The position numbers were made by a program, and so were the translations under genes. Below the pieces are notes generated by a model. The model searched no databases and was not told the origin of the DNA. It saw nothing but the letters and a program-made list of their open reading frames with translations. From Chrysochromulina tobinii (taxonomy: Eukaryota), in the NCBI GenBank assembly GCA_001275005.1, contig JWZX01003404.1, positions 1 to 53,818 of the forward strand: a DNA stretch of 53,818 nucleotides. Direction: 5' to 3'. Every line of letters starts with the position of its first letter. Position 1 is the stretch's first letter. Shown piece after piece: positions 10,595 through 21,882 of this stretch.

Positions 10595-10969
10595 CACGAT
10601 TTCGTGAGCCTTGCCGCTCGAGCTGACTTCGGTGACGTCAGGGGAAAGAGCGAGAGGGCGATCACCGTCGGACCTGATGAGGCCAGAGACACGGAGCGCA
10701 GAGAGGACACATCCTTGGGTCCATTACGGATACATTACGGAGAGTCCACGAAACCGCGCGCCATCGTCGGGGAACACGAACGGGGACGCGAGCGGAGCAA
10801 AGGCCGACCGGGGAGAAATGTTGCTCGCGTCCCGAGTTACGGTGTTGAAGGAGGTGCTTTATTGAGTATTAGTCCCCATAGATTTCACCACACATCCGAT
10901 CAATCGTTAAGATTTTATGACGAGTAGAGGTTATTATTTCTTTCCGCGTTCTGAGACTTGCGATCAGTA

Positions 10970-13372
10970 TCATGACTCTGCGCACGCACTTAGGGCGGTG
11001 ATGAGCATCTCCTCCTCCAGCAGCGCCCAGCGAATGGTCCAGCACGCCTCTACGTCGGTGGCTGCCTTCTGCCTCTTCAAGACATGTGACAATCTACTTG
11101 CCGCCGCGTCGGTTTCGCAAGCTGGGCTACAGCGGCTGCTGAAGCCCAGGGGTCGCGGGAAGTGCATCATCTGCCTCCAATGCGTGGTCGAGGAGGGCGA
11201 CGAGCTGAAGGAGGCGCCGTCTCCAGCGGAGCCGAAGTCTGCCGAAAACCAAGTCGCGACTGCATGCGGCTCGGAGGCGGGAGCACTGCGGAGCCGCCGC
11301 GTCGTGACGCTGCCTGAGCAAAGGGCATCCATGGCGCCGGATGTCGTCATAGAGAGCATCGTGGCGAGGTCCACGGTGACTAGCTCGACGGGGGCGCTGA
11401 TCAACGGCGAGGTACGCAAGGCTCTCAGGTCGATGCTCGCCTTGTGAGGCGCGAGCGTGTCGAGCAGACTGAGGTCACGTGCCTGCGTACCGGTACCTCC
11501 AGACGGAACGAGTAACGCCGCTCGCTCTACGCTGCGGCTGCCGGGCAGCGCCGCCACCAGCGCGGCGTGGACGGTGACCCGGCAAGGCAGCACCATTCCG
11601 CACTCTGGATCGAGCAGTGAGGCCGTAGCGTGTCGTAGAGTCGGAAGCACGCCCTCGGAGAAAGGATCATCTCCGAAAATCTCATGCACGAGCACGTGAG
11701 CACGCTCGGGCAGCACGAGCCGAGGCGGGGCGCACGCAGCACGCAGAGTGCCGTCGCCGTTCTCGGCGCACGCGTCGCCGCTCTCAGCGCATCCGTCGCC
11801 GCTCTCGGACTCGCCTTGCACTGCAAGCGCCGCCACCTCCGCATGGAGCACATGCACACGTACCGAAGGGGGGAGGTGAACTCGGTTGGCCTCCACAGTG
11901 GCCAAGGCGATTCGGGCGAGCGATGCGTCACGCTCGACAGCATAGATGTCGGCTGCGAGCCCCGCGCCCGCAGCCGCGCGCGCGGCAAGGAGGGAGAGGA
12001 GGCCAACCCCTGCACCAACGTCAAGCACGATCACATGCCGGCGGCCGGCTGCGGTGTGGGTGCCCATCGCGTACTTGAGTGCGGTTGCATATGCGTGGGC
12101 CCTCGCCGCATCATTCATCATCAGAGCTGTCCAAGCGGGCAGCATCGTAGCGGGCAGCGAGGGCGTTGTAGCGGGCATCGAGGGCGTCGTAGCGGGCATC
12201 GAGGGCGTCGTAGCGGGCATCGAGGGCGTCGTAGCGGGCATCGAGGGCGTCGTAGCGGGCATCGAGGGCGTCGTCGCGGCAGCCGCGGCAGCGTCGCTCG
12301 ACACGATGCGATCGATGCGAACCCCTTGAGGTCCCACAGTCGCGTGAATCTCCACCGTGCCCCCTTGTGTCACGGCCACTGGGCGAACCGGCAATGCAGC
12401 CTGCGGCTCTCGCAGCCCAGCCGGCGATACGTACGCGCCCTCGGCACCGCGGCTGTGCAGCAGTAGCTGCTGCCAAGCCTCCGGCGCTCGTGTGATCCAC
12501 TGACCAGGCGCCACCTCCAACTCAGCCCAATAGACGACTGCGTCGGCGGTGCCCTCTCTTGTGCAGCAGCTACTGGCACACGCCGCCGTGGGCGTGTCGC
12601 TTTGAGCGCGAGTCTGCGGAGCCGAATCCGCCGGGCGCCAGCACACAAGCCGACATGGGTTGCAGAGGCCCGTGCGGCCCGTGCACTCGAGTCGAACCGA
12701 GGCAGCGAGTGCATGGCCGCCCTCGAGCGCTTCGCGCAGTGGCTGCATGTCAATTCCCAAGCGAGTACAATCCGGACGGAGCACGTGCAGCAGGTTGCCG
12801 TCGGCGGCTGAGCTCTGCACAACGAGCGCCCACACCTCAACTGACAGCGGCCAAAATCGGCTCACACCCGCCGCAGTCAACGCTGCTGCCTGCTCCATCT
12901 GCACCGCTGTCGGTCCGCTGACGCCAATGTCGAAGAGGGCGACACTCGAAGAAGCCGCGCTGCATGTGGCTTGCAGCGGCTGAATGGACACGCTCCAGCC
13001 TGCTACGTTTGCGGCACGGACCAAGAGGGGCTGCAGCGGCAGCACGTCTTCAGAGAGTCTGATGACGCACCCAATGACGCACCCAATGCTCTGCAACACA
13101 GCAAGTGTCACGCCCGGGCCGTAGCACATCACGTGCTCAAGTCCCGTGAGACTTTGAGAGATAGCATACTCGTCTCGCCCGAACTCATTTGCACTTTCGA
13201 CCATGCCCTTGTAGAGTACTGCAGCCGCACGACGCATCGCTGGAAGTAGCGTCTGCAGCACATCAGGTTGCATGACAGGCGCTCCAGACAAAAGCACGGC
13301 TTCCCAGTCGCGCTCGGCGGCCGCCTCCTTTGCGAGGCGATGCCAGGCTTCACTTGCATCGCAAAGGTGCAT
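10970..13372 (-). CDS. SAM-dependent protein arginine methyltransferase-like (PRMT7-like tandem architecture)
   Basis: Motifs: MMNDAARAHAY, VLDVGAGVGLLSLLAA (motif I), IYAVE, VLVHEIFG..EG double-E loop, THWRQ loop. The N-terminal half has a second degenerate copy (DAVVYWAELE). Start uncertain. Confidence 0.8.
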   Translation of the reverse strand: MHLCDASEAWHRLAKEAAAERDWEAVLLSGAPVMQPDVLQTLLPAMRRAAAVLYKGMVESANEFGRDEYAISQSLTGLEHVMCYGPGVTLAVLQSIGCVIGCVIRLSEDVLPLQPLLVRAANVAGWSVSIQPLQATCSAASSSVALFDIGVSGPTAVQMEQAAALTAAGVSRFWPLSVEVWALVVQSSAADGNLLHVLRPDCTRLGIDMQPLREALEGGHALAASVRLECTGRTGLCNPCRLVCWRPADSAPQTRAQSDTPTAACASSCCTREGTADAVVYWAELEVAPGQWITRAPEAWQQLLLHSRGAEGAYVSPAGLREPQAALPVRPVAVTQGGTVEIHATVGPQGVRIDRIVSSDAAAAAATTPSMPATTPSMPATTPSMPATTPSMPATTPSMPATTPSLPATMLPAWTALMMNDAARAHAYATALKYAMGTHTAAGRRHVIVLDVGAGVGLLSLLAARAAAGAGLAADIYAVERDASLARIALATVEANRVHLPPSVRVHVLHAEVAALAVQGESESGDGCAESGDACAENGDGTLRAACAPPRLVLPERAHVLVHEIFGDDPFSEGVLPTLRHATASLLDPECGMVLPCRVTVHAALVAALPGSRSVERAALLVPSGGTGTQARDLSLLDTLAPHKASIDLRALRTSPLISAPVELVTVDLATMLSMTTSGAMDALCSGSVTTRRLRSAPASEPHAVATWFSADFGSAGDGASFSSSPSSTTHWRQMMHFPRPLGFSSRCSPACETDAAASRLSHVLKRQKAATDVEACWTIRWALLEEEMLITALSACAES
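12146..12271 (-). repeat. Coding 21-bp tandem repeat (ATTPSMP x6) linking the two methyltransferase halves
   Basis: CGTAGCGGGCATCGAGGGCGT units on the + strand. Confidence 0.9.
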
Positions 13373-13779
13373 GGCAATTCAAGGTGATGCTCCACGGTGC
13401 GCATGGACTCGATCCAAGGACAGGTTTGTGGGGCGCGATCTTCACCTTGCATCACATCGGCGGTTGAAATACTGTGAACGTTAACACGACAGACGCGACA
13501 ACCGGTGCTACGGCACTGTTACTGCCCGCTCAGAATACACACACCTTACACGACCCCATATGAGACACGGAGCATGCGCGCGCGCTAGCGGCGTTGAGGT
13601 TTGGGCGTACGGTGTGGAAATCCGATAGCGGTACCGGTACCATGTGCCGCCTGGATGTCTGGTCATCGTCGACCCCCCCAACGAGTGCCCTCTTCGAGTC
13701 CGTGGTGTGAAGACAAGTTGCGAAGTGGAAGAACGTGAACGCTTCTGCGAATTGTCTCCCCAGCGCGTGCTCGCTCGGA

Positions 13780-14885
13780 ATGCTTTCTCGATTAGCTCGG
13801 CCGCTGGCCGGCCCGTCGAGGCCGGTGCGCTCGTTGAGCGTGCTGGCGCTTGCGCGCCGGCTTCCAACGCCAGCGCTGCTGCCGCAGCACTCGCGACCGA
13901 TCATCTCCTCCGTCATGGGCCTCAAGCGCCTCCGCCGGCTACAGGATGAGGCCGACCGTCAGCCTGGCATGGCACAGCGGCAGCTCGCGCTAATGCAGGC
14001 GGCGAACGAACAGAAACAGTCGCAACTCGCCATCCGCCGCTTCGAAAGTGGCAACTTTGCGAGCGACCAGGCGACGTACCGGGAGTACGTGCGAGCTCTC
14101 GCGCTCACCAACCAGCTGGACCGGCTGTCGCTGACGCAGCTGGGCGGCGCAGCTGCAGGCGGTGGCGTGCCCGGTGGATACGGCGCAGGCGCGACCTACG
14201 GCAGCGCGGGCGCGAGCTATGGCAGCGCGGGCGCGTACGCACAGGGCCAAATGTATCCCGGGGCGCTCGGCGGCGGCAGCGGCGGGAGCAGTCAGGCCGG
14301 CGGCGGCCTCGGCGGCGCGTCGATGGGTCGCGGCACGATCGAGCAGCCGCTGCACGTGCAGTACCACGAGTCGGCGCGCAGCCAGCTGCTGCGCCTGCTG
14401 CAGCGCGTCGTCCTTTTCGGGATCGCGGCGGGCGGCCTGATGATGCTCGTCGACGAGAAGTCGCTCCCCAAGGGCCTGGGGCTAGGCTCAACCGACGTGC
14501 AGCCGGTGCAGGGCTCGCCCAAGCGCTTCTCGGACGTCGTGGGTGTGGACGAGGCGAAGGAGGACCTGCAGGACATCGTCAAGTACCTACGCCAGCCCAA
14601 GACGTTCACGCGGCTCGGCGGCAAGCTGCCCAAGGGCTGCCTGCTCACAGGCCCACCCGGAACGGGCAAGACGCTGCTCGCGCGCGCCGTCGCGGGCGAG
14701 GCAGGCGTGCCTTTCTTCTACATGTCGGGCTCGGAGTTCGAGGAGGTCTTTGTGGGCGTGGGGGCGAAGCGCGTGCGTGAGCTCTTCGGCGCCGCCAAGA
14801 AGCGCGCGCCCTGCATCATCTTCATCGACGAGATCGATGCGATCGGCTCGCACCGGAATCCCAAGGAGCAGCAGGCGATGAAGAT

Positions 14886-14922
<37 letters not shown>

Positions 14923-15993
14923 CAGCAGAATGCGGGCGTCATCGTGCTCGCGGCCACCAACTTCCCCGAGGTCCTCGATCGCGCCCTCGTGCGCCCGGGC
15001 CGATTCGACACGCGTGTGACCGTACCGCTCCCCGACGTGGCCGGCCGCAAGCAAATCCTGGACCTCTACGCGAAGCCGGTGCCGCTGGCCGATGATGTGG
15101 ACCTCGAGACGATCGCACGTGCCACGCCGGGCTTTTCGGGTGCCGACCTGTCCAACCTGATGAACGTGGCCGCCCTGAGGGCCTCCCATGACGACAAGAA
15201 AAAGGTCGGCATGTCCGACCTGGAGTACGCGTGTGACAAGATCAGGATGGGTGCGGAGCGCCGGTCAGCAGTCATCTCGCCCGAGAACTTGAAGCTGACG
15301 GCGTACCACGAGGGTGGGCACGCCATCGTGGCGCTCAAGACGCCCGGCGCGATGCCGATCCACAAGGCCACCATCATGCCGCGCGGCGATGCGCTCGGCA
15401 TGGTCTCGTACTTGCCCGAAAAGGATCAGATGAACCTCTCGAAACAGCAGATGCTCGCGCACATTGACGTGTGCATGGGCGGGCGGGTGGCGGAAGAGCT
15501 CATCTACGGCGCGGACCACGTGACCACCGGCGCCTCGTCCGACCTGCAGCAGGCCACCAACATGGCACGCAACATGGTCACCAAGTACGGCATGGGAGAG
15601 ACCCTCGGCCCGCTCTACCACGATCGATCGGAGATGGAGATGCTCTCGCCCGCGTCGCGCGAGGCGATCGAGGCCGAGATCAAGGCCTTCGTGACGCGCG
15701 CCGAGCGCAACGCGCGCAAGATCCTCACCGAGAACAAGGAGCAGCTGCATCGGCTGGCTCAGGGGCTCATTGCACACGAGACTCTCAACTCAGACGAGAT
15801 CAAGCAGGTCCTCGAGGGGAAACCTCTAGAGCGCGCTGCCAAGGTCAAGGCGGCGGGCGGCGGCAGCACGGGCAGCGCCGAAGAAGCTCCGATTGGACCC
15901 AAGGAGAAGGTTGCGAGCAAAGGGAGCCGCGGCGTCCTGCCAGCAACGCATGCGACGCGCGGCGCGGCTTCCGAAGACGAGAGTCGCCATTGA
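13780..15993 (+). CDS. YME1: Mitochondrial ATP-dependent zinc metalloprotease, FtsH family (YME1/FtsH4-like i-AAA)
   Basis: Walker A GPPGTGKT, pore loop FVGVG, Walker [31 protein letters not shown], zinc motif HEGGH. Single TM segment and an Arg/Ser/Leu-rich presequence [11 protein letters not shown]. Confidence 0.95.
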
Positions 15994-16516
15994 GCTTCCT
16001 CCGATCCTTTTCGGGCGACGGCGGAGGCGCACTTTGCGTGGGGAAGGCTGCGCGGGCTGTGGCCGAGAGTGGGCACATGCACCGCGGGGCGGCGAGACCC
16101 TAGCGAGACACACGAGTGTAGGATTGAGCGCGCGCACCATGGACTCAGTGAGACTGTAACTGCATGACCATGAGGACTGCGCTTATTGCATGCATACGCT
16201 GGAGTGTCATCGGGGCGACGGAGGAAGAGCGAGTGGCGTGCGGGGTGGTGTGACACTGTTCGTGTGAACCCGAGAATACTCGTTAGGAGTGCGCCAGGGG
16301 TACGAGAGTGACGATTTTTTTTTATTCGGGCCCGGCATGCGTCGGCCGTCGGCCGATCGTTACGCATTACGGCCCGCCGCGCGCGCCCGGCTCCGTGCGG
16401 TGGCGCGTGGCCGAACCGTTGCCGGCGCGAGGCGGCGGCCGCGACGCGGCTCGCGAACATTTGCGATCGAATAATTGAGGGTTGAGGCTCTTCCGTAGAG
16501 CAATTCCATGTTTCTC

Positions 16517-17548
16517 TCACTGCAAGTACGCATGGCCGTGAACTGCAGCGCACGGGTACACGCCTCGCCTCCAGGAGGTTCGCCACCATGCTGACCCTAA
16601 GACTGCTGCTGGTGGTGCGCCGCTCCCGCTTAAGCTCCCGCTGGCCGCGCGGTTTCTGGCGCTGGTCGCTCGTTGCTTCGCTCCGCGTGGTGCCCAAATG
16701 ATAGAGGGAGATTGGCGTCCCTCGAGAGGGCAATATACCTCTTCTGGCAGCGCTAAGACTCGGAGCGGCGTGCCACCGCTGCCGGCTGACGATTCCTCGG
16801 CGCCCTCCTCGTTGGCGCGAGGACCGTCTCCCGCCTTGTCTCCCGCCGCGCGCGTCCATTCAAACCAGAGCATCTCCTGGTCGCCCTGGCGCACGCCTGG
16901 GTGCGCGCCGCTCATGAGGCGTCGGGCGGCTCCGAAGAAGAAGCTCCGCACAAGGGCGCTTTGTCGGAAGGCGAGCACGGCGGAGCAGAGCATGGGAGGG
17001 CCGACAGTGGGAGCGACCCAGGGCGGGCGTGACTTGACACGTCCGGCGGCAGGCACTAGGTGGGCGGCACGTCCGGGGTCCAGTGGCATCGCAACATCGC
17101 TAACGCTGAGGGCCTTGTACAGAAGGTCGTGCACAAACGCTGGGTGCAGCACGAGGACGTCACAGTCGAGGAAGACGCTGCGATCAAACGGGCTGTGCAT
17201 CAGACACGAGAGCTTGAAGAGGTATGCATGCGTGGACATGTGAGCAAAGCTCGCGTTTTGGAGCCTCGGATCGAGGTCTACGAGGCGCGCATGATCGAAA
17301 GGCGAGGCTGTGCCCGAGCGCGTTCGGCTGTCTAGGAGCGCGAGGGCACGCTCGTTGGCCATGAGGTCGATCGGGTACGAAGGCTCCATCGTGGCCCGCA
17401 GTGCACTCGCCGATGAGAGGCCTTCGCGCACAACCTGGTCGCGGCCAGCGAGGCAGCACCTACCAGCGTACATGACGTAGAGGACACCAACCTGAGCGAC
17501 CAAGATCTGGCCGGCCAAGCTGGTGTGATTCGCTGTCCTGGACGTCAT
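16517..17548 (-). CDS. Putative GT-A fold nucleotide-diphospho-sugar glycosyltransferase, type II membrane protein
   Basis: KLSCLMHSPFDRSVFLDCD (DxD), CSAVLAF, GDQEML, and an N-terminal hydrophobic anchor. Confidence 0.7.
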   Translation of the reverse strand: MTSRTANHTSLAGQILVAQVGVLYVMYAGRCCLAGRDQVVREGLSSASALRATMEPSYPIDLMANERALALLDSRTRSGTASPFDHARLVDLDPRLQNASFAHMSTHAYLFKLSCLMHSPFDRSVFLDCDVLVLHPAFVHDLLYKALSVSDVAMPLDPGRAAHLVPAAGRVKSRPPWVAPTVGPPMLCSAVLAFRQSALVRSFFFGAARRLMSGAHPGVRQGDQEMLWFEWTRAAGDKAGDGPRANEEGAEESSAGSGGTPLRVLALPEEVYCPLEGRQSPSIIWAPRGAKQRATSARNRAASGSLSGSGAPPAAVLGSAWWRTSWRRGVYPCAAVHGHAYLQ

Positions 17549-18196
17549 GCGCCAGAGCAATAGGAGGTTCAGCGCGAGCCCTCGTGACCCCGATGCTCTG
17601 GAATGAAAGTTGGGAAGTTTTCGTTGGACCTACATGAATCGAAAATTGATTCTGCATGCATTTGTACACATGTAGTTCGACGAGTTCGAGCAACGGCTTT
17701 AGTATGATGAGACGGGAGCGGAAATGACATCAGACAAACAGAACGTCGTGGTCCCACACCTCCGTCTCAAATCAACAAATGACATCGATGGTACATCAGG
17801 AGCTTCGAAGCCCAACGAAGGCCTGCGCGCACGACCGGACCACCGACGAGAGGATTCAGATGATCTACGCCGCCTCGCTGCTCTGCCATCGCCTTCGCGC
17901 TTCGCGCCTCCGGTGTCCTTCTACCAGGCGTTGCCGGCTGTGCGCTTCGCCACGCCAGTCATGAGGGGAGGGCACTTCCGCAACCCCTTGCCTCCCAATG
18001 CGGCCGAGTTGACATCGAGACATTCGCAACCAAGATACCATGTCATGTGCACGACCCAACGACTTGCACTTGGAGGCCATCGCCTGAGGCTATCCGATGG
18101 ACATCCATGGGCGTGGGGGTCTCTAGGGAGTCTCTCTCGCGTGTCTCAGCATGGATGCTGCACTCGAGTGCGGGGAGAGCGCTCAACACAAAGCGC

Positions 18197-20360
18197 TCAA
18201 CACTTGTCTTGCCAGCCAGGCACGTCGAGGCCGAGCGTGGTCACGAGCGCCTGGACTTGAATGGAAAAGGGGCCCTCTGTCGTGTCACCGAGTGCCTCCT
18301 GCGCCGCCTTGATCGCGGCTTTCATGTCGACAGATGGCGGGTCCAGCCTCACAGTGCCGAGATAGCTGCTGATCATATTGATGGCCTCTGACATCGTCGC
18401 CTTGGGCACCGTTCGCGTCGAACGAGCACCGCCCGGCTGAGTCGCTGAGAGCTCCTGGTAGCTTGAGGAGGGGTCATCGCGTTCCACTTGCACGAAGGCC
18501 TCCGCGCCCATGCGCGTAATGGCGTCCTGAATCTCCTGATTCTGGCGCGCCAACTCGCCCAGTTTGGAGTGCACAGTCGGGGGTGGGGGGACCGGCAGTG
18601 CGCTCGAGGCCGCGGGAGCTGCTACGAACGCCGCGATCGAGGCGGCGGGGAAGGCGCCCGAAGCCTCAGCTTTCGCCATGACGGGGGCCCCAACGACGAC
18701 GGCCTTGGGCGAGTTCGCCTTGAACGCTCCAAACGCCGCCTCCTGCCTGCGGAATCGCTCGGCCTTGGTCACGATCTTATGGAGAGCGCGTAAGAGGAGA
18801 CACGCCTTGGGCACGCCGATCCCCTCCATGTCCTGCTCGGTCTTGTTGGCCAGGGGCACCATGTCGTCGCGGCTGAAGCCAGTCGAGACGGCCGCCTCGA
18901 GCAGCTCCTTGATCGCTGTCGAGCAGTACACGTGCCGCATGTCGAGCGGAATCTTCATGTCGGGCGGAATCTTCACGCCGCCGTCGTCGTCGTCGTCGTC
19001 GTCGCAGACGCCGCCGGCCAGCAGGTCGGGATCATACTCGTCCGCCTTGGTGATGACGAGTATGTGCGGGATGTCGCGGTCGCGCACGACGTGGGTAAAG
19101 TCCTGGATGGCCTTGGTGGCCTCGTCTTCGGAAATGTCGGTGGCGGCGATGCACATGACCACGCCATGGACGCGCTGGTCTTCGGTTGGATCCGGCCGAA
19201 AGCCGGGCGTACGATCGTCGAGCCTCGTCGGGCTTCCTTTATCATCGGCGAGCTCGGTGTTTCGAGGGAAGCAGCCTGCGAGTAGCTTCGCCATCGCGCC
19301 GTCCTGGTAGAGCTTAGACTTGCTACCAACCTCGATCCCAGCAGTGTCCCAGAGCGCGCACACAGGCGCACCCGTCGAGCTTGTGAGCGGGTACACTTTG
19401 AGGCATTTGGTCACCGAGCCCTCGCCCGAGCCAGTGGACACATTGCCGCCCGCGTCCACATCGTCCTCGACGACCTGCATGAGCGAGCGGATGAAGCTCG
19501 ACTTGCCCGTGCCGACGGGGCCAAAGATGAGGATGTTGGGCGGCGACGGCTGCTTGGCGACACTAGCCTGCGCACACGTGGAGCATTGGGGGCGGGGGCG
19601 CGGCTGTGAGCGAAGCGTTGCGGGCGGGCTCCTGCATCGCATCGCAGCGAGATGGCTGCCGCTTCACACAGACCTGCAGCTTGTCACGTAGAGATGAGAG
19701 GGCGTCGGCGTCGAGCTGCGGCGTGCCAGGGTAGATCCACGGCCGCGGGAGCGTCGAGGGCGTGTACTTGCTGCCGCCGCGCCGCGACCCGCCCGCCTTC
19801 AGGTTCGTGGGCAGCACCTGGTAGACGTGGACGGTGTAGGCGCCAGGAGCGGCGAGTTCTCGGTGTCCTCCCGTGAGCGGGTGCGACCCACCAGTTTGCG
19901 GGTCTTGGGGGTAAGTGTAGCAGCTTGGACTGTGGTAGCCATTCGCGGTATTGCAGTTGAATGCAATCAGGTCGTGGCTGTTGCCACCTCCGAAGGTCGG
20001 ACCGTAGCTTCCGTCGTCATACACGAAGTTGTTATTCGGCGTGGCCTTGTAGGCCGCCGGCTGCTGGTTCCGGTACTTGAGCCGGAAGAGGAACGTTCCA
20101 AGCTCGTTACTGAACTGGCCATTATTCTGGCCCCACTGGAAAGGCGTGTAGCCACCGCACACAGTCTGATCGGCCAGTCGGATCACCGTCACAGTCGGGC
20201 CCTTTGTGTTGCACTTCTGATGGAAGACTGCGGGGTTGAACCCATCGACGTCCGTCTGGAAAAGCAACTGGAGTTCCGCCCGCCGGCCGAGGAGGCCGTA
20301 TAGGGCCTTGAGGAGTGCGCCGTCGGCGAGGATCCCCGGAATGCAGGTGTTCTTCAGCAT
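18197..20360 (-). CDS. IFI44-like protein: N-terminal TLDc domain plus P-loop GTPase-like domain plus C-terminal helical extension
   Basis: Exons 20360..19674 and 19567..18197 (CAG|GTCTGT...GCGCAG|GCT, phase 0). TLDc: LLFQTDVDGF..FHQKCNTKGPTVTVI..GGYT..FLFRL..YGPTFGGG..DL. NTPase: NILIFGPVGTGKSSFI, LWDTAG, RVHGVVMCI, ILVITKAD. Start uncertain. Confidence 0.85.
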
Positions 20361-20531
20361 ACGGACAGAGGTACGCACGATTGATCGTGCTTTTCGTGGG
20401 CCGATCGGAAACTGGGAAAATTGCGAGCATAGTTTTCACAGACGGTGTTTATGACTCATCTTTCGCGAACAGATCGCGAACCTTCGCGAAGGAGGAGTAT
20501 TAACAGCCAGTTCACACTCGCGTTCGCACCG

Positions 20532-21239
20532 ATGTTGGCAGGATTTCCAGGTTGGTTGAGCTGGCGCCCAGCAGTAGAGCACCTAACGATCGAGGAGCTT
20601 CATCGCGAGTACGCGGCGCTACCGCCGGTAAATGAGTGCGACCGGTCCCGCCGAGTCCAGATTCTCGAGCGACTCGTCGAGGAGCTCAAGAGGGAGAACG
20701 ACATGCTTCGTCGAAGCAAGGCCTCTGAGGGAGGTTTGCTCCCATCCCGTACTGTCTCCCGCGGGTATTCTGAGCGCCCCGTCCCGTGTTACATTGCCTT
20801 CGCGGTCAAAGGATCGCTGTTCACGCACGTGGACACTCTCAAGGACGCAGTCAGCACGCAATGCCCGGGCGCTCAGTGGCAGGCATCATACGACTATCCG
20901 AACGGAGGCGACATCACGGCCACCGCACGTGTGCTCTTCTTCCGCACGAATCAGAGGGTCTCGCCGACTGAGCTGGAGGAGCTGAAGACATTCTGCGCCA
21001 GCCCTACCAATTTTGTGGCGTTTCTGCACAATGAGATGCGCGAATCGCAAAAAGACATGGACTTTGTCGAGAGATACGTTGCGGAGGCGATCTCCCGCTT
21101 TGAGCACGCGACAGCGTACGCCTCCTTTGCCTTCAGGGAGGCGGAGCTGTACCCGATGAGCGAGGGCTTGAACGCTAGCTCGTTGGTCAAGCTCGTTGCT
21201 TTTGTGTCGGCGCAGGCACGACCACCGCGTGCACCCTGA
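20532..21239 (+). CDS. Hypothetical 235-aa protein (short coiled coil plus compact alpha/beta domain)
   Basis: Intronless ORF with globular composition, divergent from the IFI44-like gene. No family recognised. Confidence 0.65.
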   Translation: MLAGFPGWLSWRPAVEHLTIEELHREYAALPPVNECDRSRRVQILERLVEELKRENDMLRRSKASEGGLLPSRTVSRGYSERPVPCYIAFAVKGSLFTHVDTLKDAVSTQCPGAQWQASYDYPNGGDITATARVLFFRTNQRVSPTELEELKTFCASPTNFVAFLHNEMRESQKDMDFVERYVAEAISRFEHATAYASFAFREAELYPMSEGLNASSLVKLVAFVSAQARPPRAP

Positions 21240-21882
21240 TATTCAACGCCCATCGTGGCGTCCGTGGTGAGTGGTGTCGTGTTGAAGGTTGCTGACGAGA
21301 GTCGAGAGACGCGCGGCTGCTGCCGCGCCCTCACCCACAGAACCTCTGGTTCGCTTATTTACTTTCATAAATATTCACGCGGCCCGGAGCACTGCCGACC
21401 GAACGGGAACGCAACCCCCGCCGGGGCCCGGTGTGGCAGATCCTGTGGCGCACCGCAGTGCCCCCCGCCCTCGCCCGGCCCTTGCCGTGCCGCCTGCACG
21501 CGTCTCGCCGATAGCGATACTCTCGTCTCTCGCCCGCGGGATGGCCCGCGCCGCGCACCTCCGCCTCCTTCGCGTCGGTGTCTCAGATTGCGGCTTGAGA
21601 TCCACATAGCACCCCCGTGTACGGTACGACTTGCTCAAAAGCCGCCGTACCCAACCATGCAGCACAACCCGTCTCCTCTCGCGACTCTCGTTCGCAGATC
21701 CCCTCCCGCTGCCCAGGCTTGTGTGAGAGAGAGAGAGAGCTCGACACGGCACGAGGGGGGCGACCATCGGCTCGAGGGGGGCAACCATTGTCACTCCCCC
21801 GTGACGCCTCGAGGGCGCTCGCCACGACGCTCATCGCGTGCGCGTCCGAGGCGCCAACGGCGACGCGCCAATGCATGCGCGA

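Noticed and set aside
10670..10770. Hammerhead-like CTGATGAGGCC...CGAAAC
   Set aside because: No convincing stem II or III, and no pairing after a cleavage triplet.
17724..18260. 178-aa plus-strand ORF
   Set aside because: No motif, and it overlaps the 3' end of the IFI44-like gene; not supportable.
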